Assembly (NCBI GenBank): GCA_002348365.1
Contig: DEBC01000089.1
Span: 7,794-71,793 of the forward strand
Reading direction: 5' to 3'
From: Alphaproteobacteria bacterium UBA2966
GTDB taxonomy: Bacteria; Pseudomonadota; Alphaproteobacteria; UBA2966
DNA: 64,000 nucleotides
This document shows, piece by piece, positions 38,538 to 49,251 of the stretch. Position numbers and translations under genes: made by a program. The notes beneath the pieces were generated by a model, which was not told where the DNA came from, ran no database searches, and saw only the letters and a program-made list of their open reading frames with translations. Position 1 is the first letter of the stretch. Every line of letters begins with the position of its first letter.

Positions 38538-39829
38538 GCGACACCTCGCGTGCGGCTGACGTTGCGGTCGTCAAACCAGGATGGCATCTCCTCGAGCGCC
38601 AGCATCTCCTCGTTCGTTTGATGCCGGCGGACAATCTCGAAGATGTCTCCGTTGACCAGTACTTCGGCCGCGAGCGGGCGGCTGTTGTAGTTGGACGACA
38701 TGACGGCACCGTAGGCACCAGCGGTCCGGATCACCAGTAAATCATCCGTGACGAGAGGCGGCATGGGCCGTCCATGCGCAAAAACATCGCCGGACTCGCA
38801 GATTGGGCCAACGATGTCCGTAGGGTGAAAATCCGTGTCAGCCGCGGACTCGCGGACGGGGACGATTGCGTGGTGCGCGTCGTAGAGACTGGGCCGCAAC
38901 AGGTCGTTCATGGCGGCGTCCAACACGGTGAATGTATGGCCGGCCGATTCCTTGATATAGAGCACGCGGCTTACCAGAACCCCGGCATTGCCAACGATGA
39001 CACGGCCCGGTTCGAACACCAACTCACAATCGACGGCCGCTGTGACGCGTTTGACCATTTCCGCATATTCGGAAGGTGTGGGTGGAGTCTCTCCCTCGTA
39101 TGGGATTCCCAGTCCGCCACCGAGATCCAACCGGCGAATATCGTGTCCGTCATGGCGCAGTTGGTCCACGATGCCGACGATCTTGGTGAAGGCGGCATCG
39201 AAGGGCGCCAGGCTCGTAATTTGGGATCCGATATGCGCGGCCACGCCGACGACCTCAATGCCCGGAAGCACTTTGGCGCGTGCGTAGTCTTCTCGGGCGG
39301 CGGGCCAGGGAATTCCGAATTTGTCCTGATGTCGACCTGTTGAGATTTTCTCGTGTGTGTCCGCGTCGACGTCAGGATTCACCCGCACCGCAATTTGAGC
39401 GGTCAGTCCCTTTGAGGCCGCTATATCAGACAGGAGGTCAAGTTCCGCACTCGACTCGACGTTGAATTGTCCAATGTTCTTGTCGAGGGCGTGCGAGAGT
39501 TCTTCGCGGCTCTTCCCAACTCCCGAGAAGACGATTTGTGCTGGCGCGACCCCCGCGGCGAGCGCGCGCTCGAGTTCACCCGCCGAAACCACGTCGGCGC
39601 CCGCGCCCATTTCAGCCAGTGTCCGGATGACGGCAAGATTGGCATTGGCTTTGACGGCGTAACAGAACGCAGCGTCGACGCCCGAAAATGCTCCGGTGAA
39701 GACCCGGTAGTGATGTTGCAGCGTCGCCGTCGAATAGCAGAAGAACGGGGTCCCGATTTCAGCCGCAATACGGCTGAGAGGGACATCTTCTGCGTACAGT
39801 TCGCCGTTACGATATGCGAAGTGATCCAT
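38534..39829 (-). CDS. lysA: diaminopimelate decarboxylase
   Basis: 'AVKANANLAVI' PLP-Lys motif (fold-III decarboxylase). 'GGGLGIPY'. 431 aa. Confidence 0.9.
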   Translation of the reverse strand: MDHFAYRNGELYAEDVPLSRIAAEIGTPFFCYSTATLQHHYRVFTGAFSGVDAAFCYAVKANANLAVIRTLAEMGAGADVVSAGELERALAAGVAPAQIVFSGVGKSREELSHALDKNIGQFNVESSAELDLLSDIAASKGLTAQIAVRVNPDVDADTHEKISTGRHQDKFGIPWPAAREDYARAKVLPGIEVVGVAAHIGSQITSLAPFDAAFTKIVGIVDQLRHDGHDIRRLDLGGGLGIPYEGETPPTPSEYAEMVKRVTAAVDCELVFEPGRVIVGNAGVLVSRVLYIKESAGHTFTVLDAAMNDLLRPSLYDAHHAIVPVRESAADTDFHPTDIVGPICESGDVFAHGRPMPPLVTDDLLVIRTAGAYGAVMSSNYNSRPLAAEVLVNGDIFEIVRRHQTNEEMLALEEMPSWFDDRNVSRTRGVA

Positions 39830-39912
39830 GATGAATCCGGTTCAATCGCTCTTGCCTGCCCATCCTGCGCAGCATGGGCAAAGACCCGGCAAGAGGCAAG
39901 AAATGGCTTGGT

Positions 39913-40053
39913 TCAGCGCCGTTTGGTTTCTTCCTTTTTGAGTGGCGGTTCGAGCGGGCCCTTTTTCCCGCATGCCGAAAGCGCACTGGCCAAGCCGATC
40001 GAAATGACCAGGGCCATGATGACTGGCAGGATTCGACCGGTGCAGAAGGTCAT
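39913..40053 (-). CDS. lptM: LptM (YifL) family small lipoprotein, 46 aa
   Basis: Not in the >=60 aa track. The ORF reads '[46 protein letters not shown]' with lipobox 'LSAC' and the family signature 'CG(K/Q)KGPL'. Conserved argH/lysA neighbourhood. ATGA overlap with the argH stop. Confidence 0.6.
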   Translation of the reverse strand: MTFCTGRILPVIMALVISIGLASALSACGKKGPLEPPLKKEETKRR

Positions 40054-41474
40054 GATTCTGCCAATCGCTGCCGGGCTTCGCTGATGGCTTCCCGGACGCG
40101 TGCAGGAGATGTGCCGCCCAGACTCGTCCGGCTTTCAATGGACTGACGGACACTGAGAACGTCGAGCACGGCTGATGTGATTCTCGGTTCGATCTTCTGC
40201 ATGTCACCGAGCGGCACGTCTTCGAGTGCCAGATTTCCCGACTCGGCAATCCGAACAATCTGGGCGGTTACCTGATGTGCCTGTCGGAAAGGCAGGGCCA
40301 GTTCCTTGACCAGCCAATCCGCGAGATCGGTGGCTGTGGCGTAACCCTGTCCGGCTGCTTCCTCCATGGGCTCTGTATTCACAGTCATCTCGGCAATCAT
40401 CGCGGTTACAGCGGCGATACAGAGCGAAATCGAGTCGACGGCATCGAAGGTCGGTTCCTTGTCTTCCTGCATGTCTTTTGAATAGGTCATGGGCAGACCC
40501 TTCATCAGGATGAGGAGAGCGTTCACGGCACCAACGATTCGTCCGACCTTCCCACGTACCAGCTCAGCCGCATCCGGGTTCTTTTTCTGCGGCATCATCG
40601 ACGAGCCCGTTGCCAGCGTGTCCGGCAACGTGATGAACCCGAATTGGGACGTTGACCAAATCACGATCTCTTCTGCCAGCCGCGACAGGTGTACTGCACA
40701 CAGCGAGAGTGAGGCCAGGAACTCGACGGCAAAATCCCTGTCCGCCACTGCGTCCATTGAGTTTCGGCTGGGTCCATCGAAACCGAGTGCGTCGGCGGTT
40801 GCGTTCCGATCTATGGGGATCGAAGTGCCCGCAAGCGCACCTGCGCCCAGTGGACTGAGGTTCAGACGCTTGCGGCAATCGGAGAGACGCGAGCGGTCCC
40901 TCTCGAACATCTCGAAATAGGCCATTAGGTGATGGCCGAGCGTCACGGGCTGGGCACTTTGCAGGTGCGTGAATCCGGGCATCACCGTGGCTGCGTGCTC
41001 TTCGGCTCGCATCAGCAACACTTCTTGGAGTGCCTTCAATACATCCCGTGTGTCATCAACGGCATCGCGCACCCACAAGCGGAAGTCGGTCGCGACCTGG
41101 TCGTTGCGTGACCGGGCGGTATGGAGCCGGCCTCCGGCCTCACCCACAATTTCGGTAAGCCGGGCCTCGACGTGCATATGGATGTCTTCCAGGGCTGGCG
41201 TGAAGGCGAACTCACCTCTGGCGATTTCGTCTTCAATCTGGTCGAGGCCCTTCAAAATCTTGTGACCGTCGTCCTCTGGAATTATCTCTTGTGCGATCAA
41301 CATGTTACAGTGCGCCCGCGACGCTGCGATGTCGTGAGCGTAGAGACGCCGATCGAAGTCGATGGAAGCGTTGATCCGCTCCATGACCGCGTGAGGCTCG
41401 CTGCTGAACCGGTCGCGCAGCAACCCTGGGGAGGTCTGTTGTCCCCCTGACCGGTCAGTCGCATCATCGTTCAT
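40050..41474 (-). CDS. argH: argininosuccinate lyase
   Basis: Fumarate-lyase signature '[12 protein letters not shown]'. 474 aa. Confidence 0.9.
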   Translation of the reverse strand: MNDDATDRSGGQQTSPGLLRDRFSSEPHAVMERINASIDFDRRLYAHDIAASRAHCNMLIAQEIIPEDDGHKILKGLDQIEDEIARGEFAFTPALEDIHMHVEARLTEIVGEAGGRLHTARSRNDQVATDFRLWVRDAVDDTRDVLKALQEVLLMRAEEHAATVMPGFTHLQSAQPVTLGHHLMAYFEMFERDRSRLSDCRKRLNLSPLGAGALAGTSIPIDRNATADALGFDGPSRNSMDAVADRDFAVEFLASLSLCAVHLSRLAEEIVIWSTSQFGFITLPDTLATGSSMMPQKKNPDAAELVRGKVGRIVGAVNALLILMKGLPMTYSKDMQEDKEPTFDAVDSISLCIAAVTAMIAEMTVNTEPMEEAAGQGYATATDLADWLVKELALPFRQAHQVTAQIVRIAESGNLALEDVPLGDMQKIEPRITSAVLDVLSVRQSIESRTSLGGTSPARVREAISEARQRLAES

Positions 41475-41542
41475 TGGATTACCTCAGCCACACACATCGC
41501 ACGTACATGAAGCACGGACATACAATAAGGGGTTCGCTGGCC

Positions 41543-42118
41543 ATGTGGGGAGCAATCCTCGCACTGACCGGATTGCTGGCCATTCACGCCTCGGCACTCG
41601 CTGATCCCGCCCAAAGCGAGCTGTCCGTTGGCCAGATGCAAAACTTCACTTTCTTTGATGCTCCCAAACCGATGCCCGAGGTTTCGTTCATCGATAGCGA
41701 TGGCCGCGAACTCGGATTGGGCGATTTTCGCGGCAAGTTCGTCCTTGTCAATCTCTGGGCGACCTGGTGCGGGCCCTGTCGTCGTGAGATGCCGTCCCTC
41801 GACCGACTGCAAGCTCGACTCTCGGGAAGCGATTTCACGGTACTCGCGCTCTCCCAGGATCGCAAAGGCGTCGCCATCGTCGAGAAATTCCTGGCTCAGA
41901 TCGGTACCTGGAATCTCGCCATCTATGTCGATTCGTCGGCTCGGTCAGCTCGTCGCCTGGGGGCGATCGGGCTGCCCACCACCGTGCTTCTCGATCGGCA
42001 GGGCCAAATTATCGGCCGCCTCATCGGGTCTGCTGAATGGGATTCCGATGAAGCAGCGCGCCTGATCAAGTCGGTCATCCAGGACTCAGAGCGCCAGTCG
42101 GCCCACGCCCGGCGCTGA
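41543..42118 (+). CDS. TlpA family thiol:disulfide interchange protein (periplasmic thioredoxin-like)
   Basis: 'VNLWATWCGPCRREMP' thioredoxin CxxC. N-terminal signal anchor. AAGGGG RBS before the ATG at 41543 (track ORF begins at 41474). Confidence 0.75.
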   Translation: MWGAILALTGLLAIHASALADPAQSELSVGQMQNFTFFDAPKPMPEVSFIDSDGRELGLGDFRGKFVLVNLWATWCGPCRREMPSLDRLQARLSGSDFTVLALSQDRKGVAIVEKFLAQIGTWNLAIYVDSSARSARRLGAIGLPTTVLLDRQGQIIGRLIGSAEWDSDEAARLIKSVIQDSERQSAHARR

Positions 42119-42126
42119 CACCCGCC

Positions 42127-43022
42127 TTATCGGGTGGGCGTTGGCGGCTCTGTGGAGTAATCGTAGAACCCGCGTCCCGATTTGCGTCCGACCCAACCGG
42201 CGTCAACATATTTCACCATCAGGGGACACGGTCGGTATTTCGAGTCAGCGAGGCCGTCGTAAAGCACCTGCATCACGGCGAGGCAGGTATCGAGACCGAT
42301 GAAGTCGGCCAGTTGCAGTGGCCCCATCGGGTGGTGGGCGCCCAGGCGCATCGCCGTGTCGATGGCTTCGACGTTGCCCACGCCCTCGTACAGTGTGTAG
42401 ACGGCCTCGTTGATCATCGGCAGCAGGATTCGGTTGACGATGAAGGCCGGAAAATCCTCTGCACTGGCCGGGGATTTTCCCAGATTTCGTGCGACTTCGG
42501 TCACGCAGGCGTACGTATCCTGGCCCGTGGCGATGCCCCGGATGACCTCGACCAGTTCCATCATGGGAACCGGGTTCATGAAATGCATGCCAACGAATTT
42601 CTCAGGCCGGTCCGTGGCCGCCGCCAGTCGTGTAATCGAAATGGATGATGTGTTGCTGGCGATGAGGGCTTCGGGCTTCAGCAAGGGGCAGAGAGCCGTG
42701 TAAATCTCGAGCTTGATCTGCTCATTCTCAACGGCACTCTCGATGACCAGATCGGCTGTCCCGAGTGCGGCCATGTCGGTCGTAGCCGTGATGCGGCCCA
42801 ACGCATCCGCCGACTCGCTTTCGCCGATGGTCCCTCGCGAGACCTGACGTGCCATATTCTTCTCGATCGTGGATACGGCCTTGTCGAGCTGTTCCTGGCT
42901 GATGTCGTTCAGGATGACTTCGTAGCCAGCCAGCGCGCTGACGTGCGTGATGCCATTACCCATTTGACCGGCGCCGATCACACCGACCTGCTTGATGTCG
43001 GCTGCTGTTATCTCAGTTGCCA
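42127..43022 (-). CDS. 3-hydroxybutyryl-CoA / 3-hydroxyacyl-CoA dehydrogenase
   Basis: '[17 protein letters not shown]' NAD-binding. 3HCDH N- and C-terminal domains. Start uncertain (TTG at 43022 proposed; the track ORF runs into etfA). Confidence 0.75.
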
Positions 43023-43957
43023 ATCTTCTGGAGCTCCTTTTCGAGTTCGGGCAATGCGTCGAACAGGTCTGCCACGAGGCCGAAGTCGGCAACCTGGAAG
43101 ATCGGTGCCTCTTCATCCTTGTTGATCGCCACGATGACCTTGCTGTCCTTCATGCCTGCAAGATGCTGGATGGCGCCGGAAATTCCCACCGCAACATAAA
43201 GCTCCGGCGCCACGATCTTTCCGGTTTGACCGACTTGATAGTCGTTCGGGACGAATCCCGCATCAACGGCCGCCCGTGACGCGCCCACGGCTGCACCCAG
43301 CTTGTCGGCGACGTTTTCGATCAGATAGAAGTTATCACCACTTTGCATGCCGCGACCGCCCGAGACGACCACGCGGGCTGATGTGAGTTCGGGGCGTTCG
43401 TTCTTGCTGACTTCACTGCCGATGAACGTCGAAATGCCCGGATTCTCAGCGGCGGAAGCCTCTTCCACCGATCCGGAACCACCAGAAGTCTCGGCGGTGG
43501 CGAACGCCGTTGTGCGAACCGTGATGAACTTGGTGTCATCGTCGCTTTGCACTGTTGCCAGGGCGTTGCCCGCATAGATGGGGCGAACGAACGTATCGGC
43601 GGACACGACTTCCTGGATATCCGAGATTTGAGCCATGTCAGCCAACGCGGCGGCGCGCGGCATGAAGTCCTTACCGAACGTATCCGCTGGCGCCAGGATC
43701 GCGTCGTAGTCGCCGGCCAAAGAGACGAGCAAGGGCGCCATATTCTCGGCAAGATGATGCTCATAGGCCGGATCATCGACGATCAGAGCCTTGGCCACGC
43801 CGGCCACCGCCGCGGCGGCATCGGCGACGGCACGGCAATTCGATCCCGCAACCAGAACATGGACATCGCCGCCGATCTCTGCGGCAGCCGTCACGGTGTT
43901 GAGGGTTGGGTCCTTGAGCTCGACATTATCGTGCTCCGCAATGACGAGGACTGCCAT
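43013..43957 (-). CDS. etfA: electron transfer flavoprotein subunit alpha
   Basis: 'MAVLVIAEH' start. C-terminal FAD-binding '[19 protein letters not shown]'. Confidence 0.9.
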   Translation of the reverse strand: MAVLVIAEHDNVELKDPTLNTVTAAAEIGGDVHVLVAGSNCRAVADAAAAVAGVAKALIVDDPAYEHHLAENMAPLLVSLAGDYDAILAPADTFGKDFMPRAAALADMAQISDIQEVVSADTFVRPIYAGNALATVQSDDDTKFITVRTTAFATAETSGGSGSVEEASAAENPGISTFIGSEVSKNERPELTSARVVVSGGRGMQSGDNFYLIENVADKLGAAVGASRAAVDAGFVPNDYQVGQTGKIVAPELYVAVGISGAIQHLAGMKDSKVIVAINKDEEAPIFQVADFGLVADLFDALPELEKELQKIGN

Positions 43958-44706
43958 TAGATTACTCCCGCATCGTTGTGGAGCTTGTCGACAAGCTCGG
44001 CTACGGACTCGACTTTGATGCCCGCCTCGCGCCCCGGAGGTTCGGTGACCGTCAGGGTCTTCAAGCGGGGAGCGATATCTACGCCCAGGTCTTCAGGCGT
44101 CTTCTCATCGATCGGCTTCTTCTTCGCCTTCATGATGTTCGGAAGACTGGCGTATCGCGGCTCATTCAGCCGGAGATCGGTGGTCATCACGCAGGGGACC
44201 TGAACGTCGACCGTCTCCAGACCTCCGTCCACTTCGCGCGTGATCCGCGCATTGCCGTCGCCGATGTCCAGTTCCGACGCGAAGGTCGCTTGGGGCCATC
44301 CGAGCAGCGCCGCGACCATCTGACCCGTCTGGTTGGAGTCATCGTCGATTGCCTGCTTGCCAAGGATGACGAGCCCCGGCTGCTCCGCCTCGATGACCGC
44401 CTTCAACAGCTTGGCCACGGCCAGAGGCTGGAGTTCGTCGTCCGTCTTGACGTGGATGCCGCGGTCCGCGCCCATGGCCAGGGCTGTTCGTATGGTCTCC
44501 TGACACTGCTGGGGTCCGAGGCTGACGGCGACAACTTCCTCCGCCTTGCCGGCTTCGTGAAGCCTGATGGCCTCTTCCACACCGATTTCATCAAAGGGAT
44601 TCATCGACATCTTGACGTTCGCCGTCTCAACGCCGCTTTGATCGGCCTTCACGCGGACCTTGACGTTGTAGTCAATCACGCGCTTTACCGCGACGAGTAC
44701 TTTCAT
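43957..44706 (-). CDS. etfB: electron transfer flavoprotein subunit beta
   Basis: '[19 protein letters not shown]' canonical EtfB N-terminus. 249 aa. Confidence 0.9.
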   Translation of the reverse strand: MKVLVAVKRVIDYNVKVRVKADQSGVETANVKMSMNPFDEIGVEEAIRLHEAGKAEEVVAVSLGPQQCQETIRTALAMGADRGIHVKTDDELQPLAVAKLLKAVIEAEQPGLVILGKQAIDDDSNQTGQMVAALLGWPQATFASELDIGDGNARITREVDGGLETVDVQVPCVMTTDLRLNEPRYASLPNIMKAKKKPIDEKTPEDLGVDIAPRLKTLTVTEPPGREAGIKVESVAELVDKLHNDAGVI

Positions 44707-44777
44707 GTCTTGCTTGCTCCGGAACGATGGGGCCAGTGGGCAGCGGATTTACGTAGAGCCGAGCCCAAAAAAGCCGC

Positions 44778-44803
44778 AAAACCGGGAGAAATCCCCCGGT
44801 TTT
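44778..44803. other. GC-rich hairpin with flanking A/T runs (AAAACCGGG-N-CCCGGTTTT)
   Basis: Seen directly in the etfB/SDR divergent intergenic region. Resembles a bidirectional intrinsic terminator, yet it lies in a promoter region. Confidence 0.3.
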
Positions 44804-44952
44804 CGCGGCGCAGAATATGTCCGCCCAAGAGTGGAGTCAACGCGCGTCACTACGTACCGCTCGTGAGACGAATTTCATCCCCGTGGTCGCGTCCGTCGGG
44901 CATCATTGGGTACAAGAGCGCAGAACCAAAAAAGCCGAGGGGAATTGTCAGC

Positions 44953-45744
44953 ATGGAGCGTGGAACGGCGTTGGTCACCGGCGCATCGGCCGGGATCGGA
45001 GAGGCGTTTGCCAATCTCCTGGCTGCTGAGGGCTTCGATCTGATCCTGACGGCACGACGGGCGGAGCGATTGCGTGTGCTATCGGCTTCTTTGACGGAAC
45101 GACACGGAGTGAAGGTGAGCGGGATTCCCGCGGACCTTGCCGACCCGGCCGGACCACAACGTCTTTACGACGAACTGAACGAGGCCGGCCAAACGATCGA
45201 CCTTCTGGTCAACAATGCGGGATTCGGCGGGGTCGGCCGTTTCGAGGCACTTGATCAGGTCCGACAGCGCGAAATGATCGACGTCAATGTCAGCGCTCTG
45301 ACCCGATTGGCGGGATTGATGCTGCCCGGCATGAAGGCCCGCGCGCGTGGCGGGATCATCAACGTCGCCTCCACCGCCGCCTTTCAGGCGGGACCGTTCA
45401 TGGCGGTTTACTACGCCAGCAAGGCCTATGTGCTGTCGTTCTCCGAGGCGTTGTCCGAGGAATGTCGTGGTACGGGCGTCACCGTGTCGTGCCTTTGTCC
45501 CGGCGTCACCGCCACGGAGTTCTTCGAGACAGCAGGGTTCGGGGACCTGCCGCTATATCGTCTCGGCATGATGGATGCGGCGCGGGTGGCCCGCCTGGGA
45601 TATGACGGCTGGCGCTCGGGGCGCGCCATCGTCCTGCCGGGATTGCGCAATCAGGTGCTCGTGTGGGGGTCGAGGGTGTTGCCGCGCCCGGTGACACGAC
45701 GCGCCATTCGTTTTTTGCAGGAGAAATCGGGCGCTGTGACATGA
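44953..45744 (+). CDS. SDR family oxidoreductase
   Basis: 'ALVTGASAGIGEA' TGxxxGxG, 'NNAG', catalytic 'YYASKAY'. Start at 44953 inside the long antisense-spanning track ORF 43978..45744. Confidence 0.8.
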   Translation: MERGTALVTGASAGIGEAFANLLAAEGFDLILTARRAERLRVLSASLTERHGVKVSGIPADLADPAGPQRLYDELNEAGQTIDLLVNNAGFGGVGRFEALDQVRQREMIDVNVSALTRLAGLMLPGMKARARGGIINVASTAAFQAGPFMAVYYASKAYVLSFSEALSEECRGTGVTVSCLCPGVTATEFFETAGFGDLPLYRLGMMDAARVARLGYDGWRSGRAIVLPGLRNQVLVWGSRVLPRPVTRRAIRFLQEKSGAVT

Positions 45745-46612
45745 TTCAGTGCGTCACCTACAACACCCAGTGGTGCACGGGACTGGATGGTGTGACCGAC
45801 GTTCAGCGCATCGTTGACGCCGTGCGGGACGCAGATGTGATCCGCCTGTAGGAGGTCGACAGGTGCTGGCGCAGGAGCGGCGACGTGGACCAGGTCCGGG
45901 AGCTGACCAACTGTCTCCCGGGCCGCTATTGGGCCTATGGGGCCGGTGTCGACCTCGACGCAAGCTTTCGCGATACAGACGGACACTTGATCAATCGTCG
46001 ACGGCAATTTGGAAACATGGTGCTGGCGCGGTGGCCGCTGTTGATGTCACGGAACCATCTCCTGCCAAAACTGCACCTCGGCAACGCGCTCAGTCTTCAG
46101 CGCTCCGCGCTTGAAACCATTGTCGACATTCCCGGTGGTCCCTGCCGGATCGTTTCGGTGCATTTGGCGCACGCGTCGGACACAGAACTGGAAACGCAGA
46201 TTGCACGCCTCAGAGAGATTGCCAATACAGTTATTTTCGACGGTGGTGCCTGGTCGGGTGTGGACCTCCCAGAGCCATGGACCCTGGATGGGGGTCCAGC
46301 TCCCGAGCCATAAGAGCGATCCTCATGGGCGACTTCAACATGACTCCGGAGTCGGAGGGCTATCGGACCATTTGCCCTGGGGGTGTACCCGGCGCGACGA
46401 ATTCCGGTGGTGATGGAGGATTGGTTGATGGCTGGCTGGCGGGTGGCGGACATCCCGAAGACGGCCCAACGTGCGTTGATGAAGGTGTTCCTGTCCGCAT
46501 CGACTACATTTTCGTCAACGAGAGGTTGGAAAACTCTGTCAAACAGGTCTGGGTCGACTCGGAGGCGGCCGGCTCCGACCATCAGCCGCTATGGGCTGCG
46601 ATCGATCTCTAA
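45741..46612 (+). pseudogene. endonuclease/exonuclease/phosphatase (EEP) family gene with in-frame TAG (45849-45851) and a -1 frameshift in a G5 run (46290-46294)
   Basis: 'MIQCVTYNTQW...DADVIRL*EVD' has TAG where the conserved 'LQEVD' Gln is expected. The C-terminal 'LMGDFN...RIDYIFV...SDHQPL' EEP motifs are in another frame and are restored by adding one G. Confidence 0.6.
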
Positions 46613-47175
46613 CGATTCGCGCCCGGGCGCCAAAGGACATCGCTCTGGCCTTGATCATTGAGATGGCGTGCCATGACGAAGAGATGGTCCGACAACCGAT
46701 TGATGAACTTGATGGCGAGCGGGTTCACCGGCTCTGAATCCGAGAGTTCCACCATCAACCGTTCGGCCCGGCGGCTCACCGTCCGGGCAAGGTGCAGGTA
46801 CGCGGATGCTGCCGAGCCACCAGGCAGGATGAATGAGGTAAGCGGCGCCAGGTCGTCATTCATGGCGTCGATTTCCGATTCCAGCCGGTCGATCTGCGCC
46901 TGCGTCATTCGCAACGCGGATTCGCTTTCGGAGAAATCATCGCCCGGCGTGCAGAGATCGGCGCCCAGGTCAAAAAGATCATCCTGGATCCGGGCCAGCA
47001 TCTCATCCGCGTCGCCGCTTGTATGAAGTCGGGCCAGGCCAATAGCGGCATTCGCCTCGTCTGTGGTGCCATAGGCAGCAACCCGGACAGCATTCTTGGC
47101 GAGACGCGTGCCATCGCCCAGCGAGGTCTGTCCGCCGTCACCGCCGCGGGTATAGATCTTGGTCAGCTTTACCAC
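46609..47175 (-). CDS. PduO-type ATP:cob(I)alamin adenosyltransferase
   Basis: 'MVKLTKIYTRGGDGGQTSL' PduO/MMAB N-terminal signature. 188 aa. TAG stop. Confidence 0.8.
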   Translation of the reverse strand: MVKLTKIYTRGGDGGQTSLGDGTRLAKNAVRVAAYGTTDEANAAIGLARLHTSGDADEMLARIQDDLFDLGADLCTPGDDFSESESALRMTQAQIDRLESEIDAMNDDLAPLTSFILPGGSAASAYLHLARTVSRRAERLMVELSDSEPVNPLAIKFINRLSDHLFVMARHLNDQGQSDVLWRPGANR

Positions 47176-47204
47176 TGGGTCTTCACCTCCTGCTTGACGG
47201 TCCC

Positions 47205-47408
47205 CTACAGGAACAAGTCGTCATAGAAGAACCACAATGCCAGCAATGCGACCGTCGTGGCCTGGGAGATGATGCGTCCCCGCATCAGCAGGTTCCCGTA
47301 TTTCCTATTGAACTCGCCGCCCTTGAACATGCTCACCATGCCGGCCCCCATGACGATGAGGGTCGCGGCCAGGCCGATGATAACGAGGACACCGAGGATC
47401 GTTTTCAT
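47205..47408 (-). CDS. twin transmembrane helix small protein (HIG1/DUF2909-like)
   Basis: 67 aa with two TM helices ('ILGVLVIIGLAATLIVMGAG', 'TTVALLALWFFY'). Confidence 0.5.
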   Translation of the reverse strand: MKTILGVLVIIGLAATLIVMGAGMVSMFKGGEFNRKYGNLLMRGRIISQATTVALLALWFFYDDLFL

Positions 47409-47426
47409 GACGGTTGACCCAGCGGC

Positions 47427-49124
47427 TCAGTTCCGGCTTCCGAGCAGGCGCCGGGCAATCACCTGTGCTTGAATCTCGGCCGCGCCTTCGAAGATGTTGA
47501 GGATGCGCGCATCGCACATGATGCGGCTGATGGGGAACTCCTCGGCATAACCGTTGCCACCGTGAATCTGAACCGCATTGTCGGCGGCGGACCAGGCAAC
47601 CCGGGCCGCCAGTAGTTTTGCCATCCCAGCTTCCAGGTCGCATCGCCGATCCGCATCCTTCTCACGTGCCGCGAAGTAGGTGAGCTGGCGCGCCGCCATG
47701 ATCTCAGCAGCGGCCCACGCGAGCTTTCCGTGCACGCGCGGAAAGGCGAAGATCTGCTTGCCGAACTGCTGGCGCTCGCAGGCATAGCGAAGACCCGTCT
47801 CCAGGGCGCTTTGTGCGACGCCGATGGCGCGAGCGGCTGTCTGGATCCGGGCCGATTCGAACGTTGCCATCAATTGCTTGAAGCCATTTCCCTCCTCTTC
47901 GCCGAGAAGGGAGTCTGCCGGCACTTCGAACCCGTCGAAAGAAATCTCGTATTCCTTCATCCCGCGATAGCCGAGTACGCGGATCTCGCCGCCGGACATT
48001 CCGGGGGCGGGGAAGGGGTCGGCGTCGGTACCCCGCGGCTTTTCGGCGATGAACATCGAAAGTCCGCGATAGCCCGGCTCATCCGGATCCGTGCGTGCGA
48101 GCAGGGTCATCATGTCGCTGCGGGCACCATGGGTGATCCACGTCTTGTTCCCCGTCACGCGATAGATGTTACCGTCCCGGATGGCTCGCGTACGCAGACT
48201 GCCCATGTCCGAACCGACGTTGGGTTCCGTGAATACGGCGGTGGGCAGAATCTCGCCTGACGCGAGTCGGGACAGCCAGCGTTCCTTTTGTGCATCCGTG
48301 CCGTGAATGCGGACGAGTTCTGCGGCGATCTCCGACCGGGTCCCGAGCGAACCGACACCGATATAGCCCCGGCTGAGTTCCTCTGAGACCACGCACATGG
48401 CTGTTTTTCCGAGCGCGAGACCACCGAAATTCTCGGGAATGGTCAGACCGAACACACCCAGTTCCGACATCTCATCGATGATCTCGATCGGGATGAGCAC
48501 ATCCTTGACATGCCAGTCGTGCGCGACTGGCAGGACCTTCTCGTCCGAGAACCGGCGAAACTGGTCGCGGATCATGCCCAGCGTCTCGTCCAGGCCCAGG
48601 TTGCCGAAATCTCCAGTGTCCGGCGACTCGGCGATAAGCTCGCCCAGCTGCGCCCGGGCCGAGGCCGAGTTGCCCCGCCCGATCATTACCCCAGCGGTGG
48701 ATCGGCGCAGGGTCTCGACGGCACCCTCATCGATTCCGAGATCGGAAGGGCGTGCAACTTCGCCCTGGCTCATGGCGATACCACCGGCCAGCTGGGCGAG
48801 GTATTCGCCGAAGACGATCTGTACCTGCAGGGCCTCCCGTTCGCCGAGCCGGCCTTCCCCGTCCAAGCGCTCTGCCCAGCCCAGGGTCTGACGCAGGGCC
48901 TCGACGTACGTCGCCATCCAGGCGTACCCATGGGCCGCGAACTGGTGCTGCTCCAGCGCCGCGCCACTGACCCGCCCTTCGTCGGCCACGAAGTTCGACA
49001 AGGCGTGCTTTGCGTCCGCCACAAAGCGGTCCGCCGCCGCCAGTGAGTCGCGACAAGTCGCAATCAAGTCTGGAAGCAGGGCGTCGCCGCTGGACGGCGT
49101 CTCTGCCACGGCACCAAGCGTCAA
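47427..49124 (-). CDS. acyl-CoA dehydrogenase family protein (long form)
   Basis: Central ACAD core ('TEPNVGSDMGSLRTRA...YRVTGNKTWITHG'). C-terminal helical ACAD domain. 565 aa. Confidence 0.8.
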   Translation of the reverse strand: MTLGAVAETPSSGDALLPDLIATCRDSLAAADRFVADAKHALSNFVADEGRVSGAALEQHQFAAHGYAWMATYVEALRQTLGWAERLDGEGRLGEREALQVQIVFGEYLAQLAGGIAMSQGEVARPSDLGIDEGAVETLRRSTAGVMIGRGNSASARAQLGELIAESPDTGDFGNLGLDETLGMIRDQFRRFSDEKVLPVAHDWHVKDVLIPIEIIDEMSELGVFGLTIPENFGGLALGKTAMCVVSEELSRGYIGVGSLGTRSEIAAELVRIHGTDAQKERWLSRLASGEILPTAVFTEPNVGSDMGSLRTRAIRDGNIYRVTGNKTWITHGARSDMMTLLARTDPDEPGYRGLSMFIAEKPRGTDADPFPAPGMSGGEIRVLGYRGMKEYEISFDGFEVPADSLLGEEEGNGFKQLMATFESARIQTAARAIGVAQSALETGLRYACERQQFGKQIFAFPRVHGKLAWAAAEIMAARQLTYFAAREKDADRRCDLEAGMAKLLAARVAWSAADNAVQIHGGNGYAEEFPISRIMCDARILNIFEGAAEIQAQVIARRLLGSRN

Positions 49125-49251
49125 GTCGGTCCTCCACCTGAGTATTTTCGATCTGAACGCCTGGCCTGGCGTCCAGCGGCAGTCTGATTGCCACTCTGCG
49201 AAAATGATACCGGCCCGGGCGCGGCTCCGCCATGCCAGTTCTGTGCGTTGC

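Noticed and set aside
43978-44952. 5' two-thirds of the 588-aa + strand ORF
   Set aside because: It runs antisense through etfB and the intergenic region. Only the 3' third (from ATG 44953) has SDR motifs.
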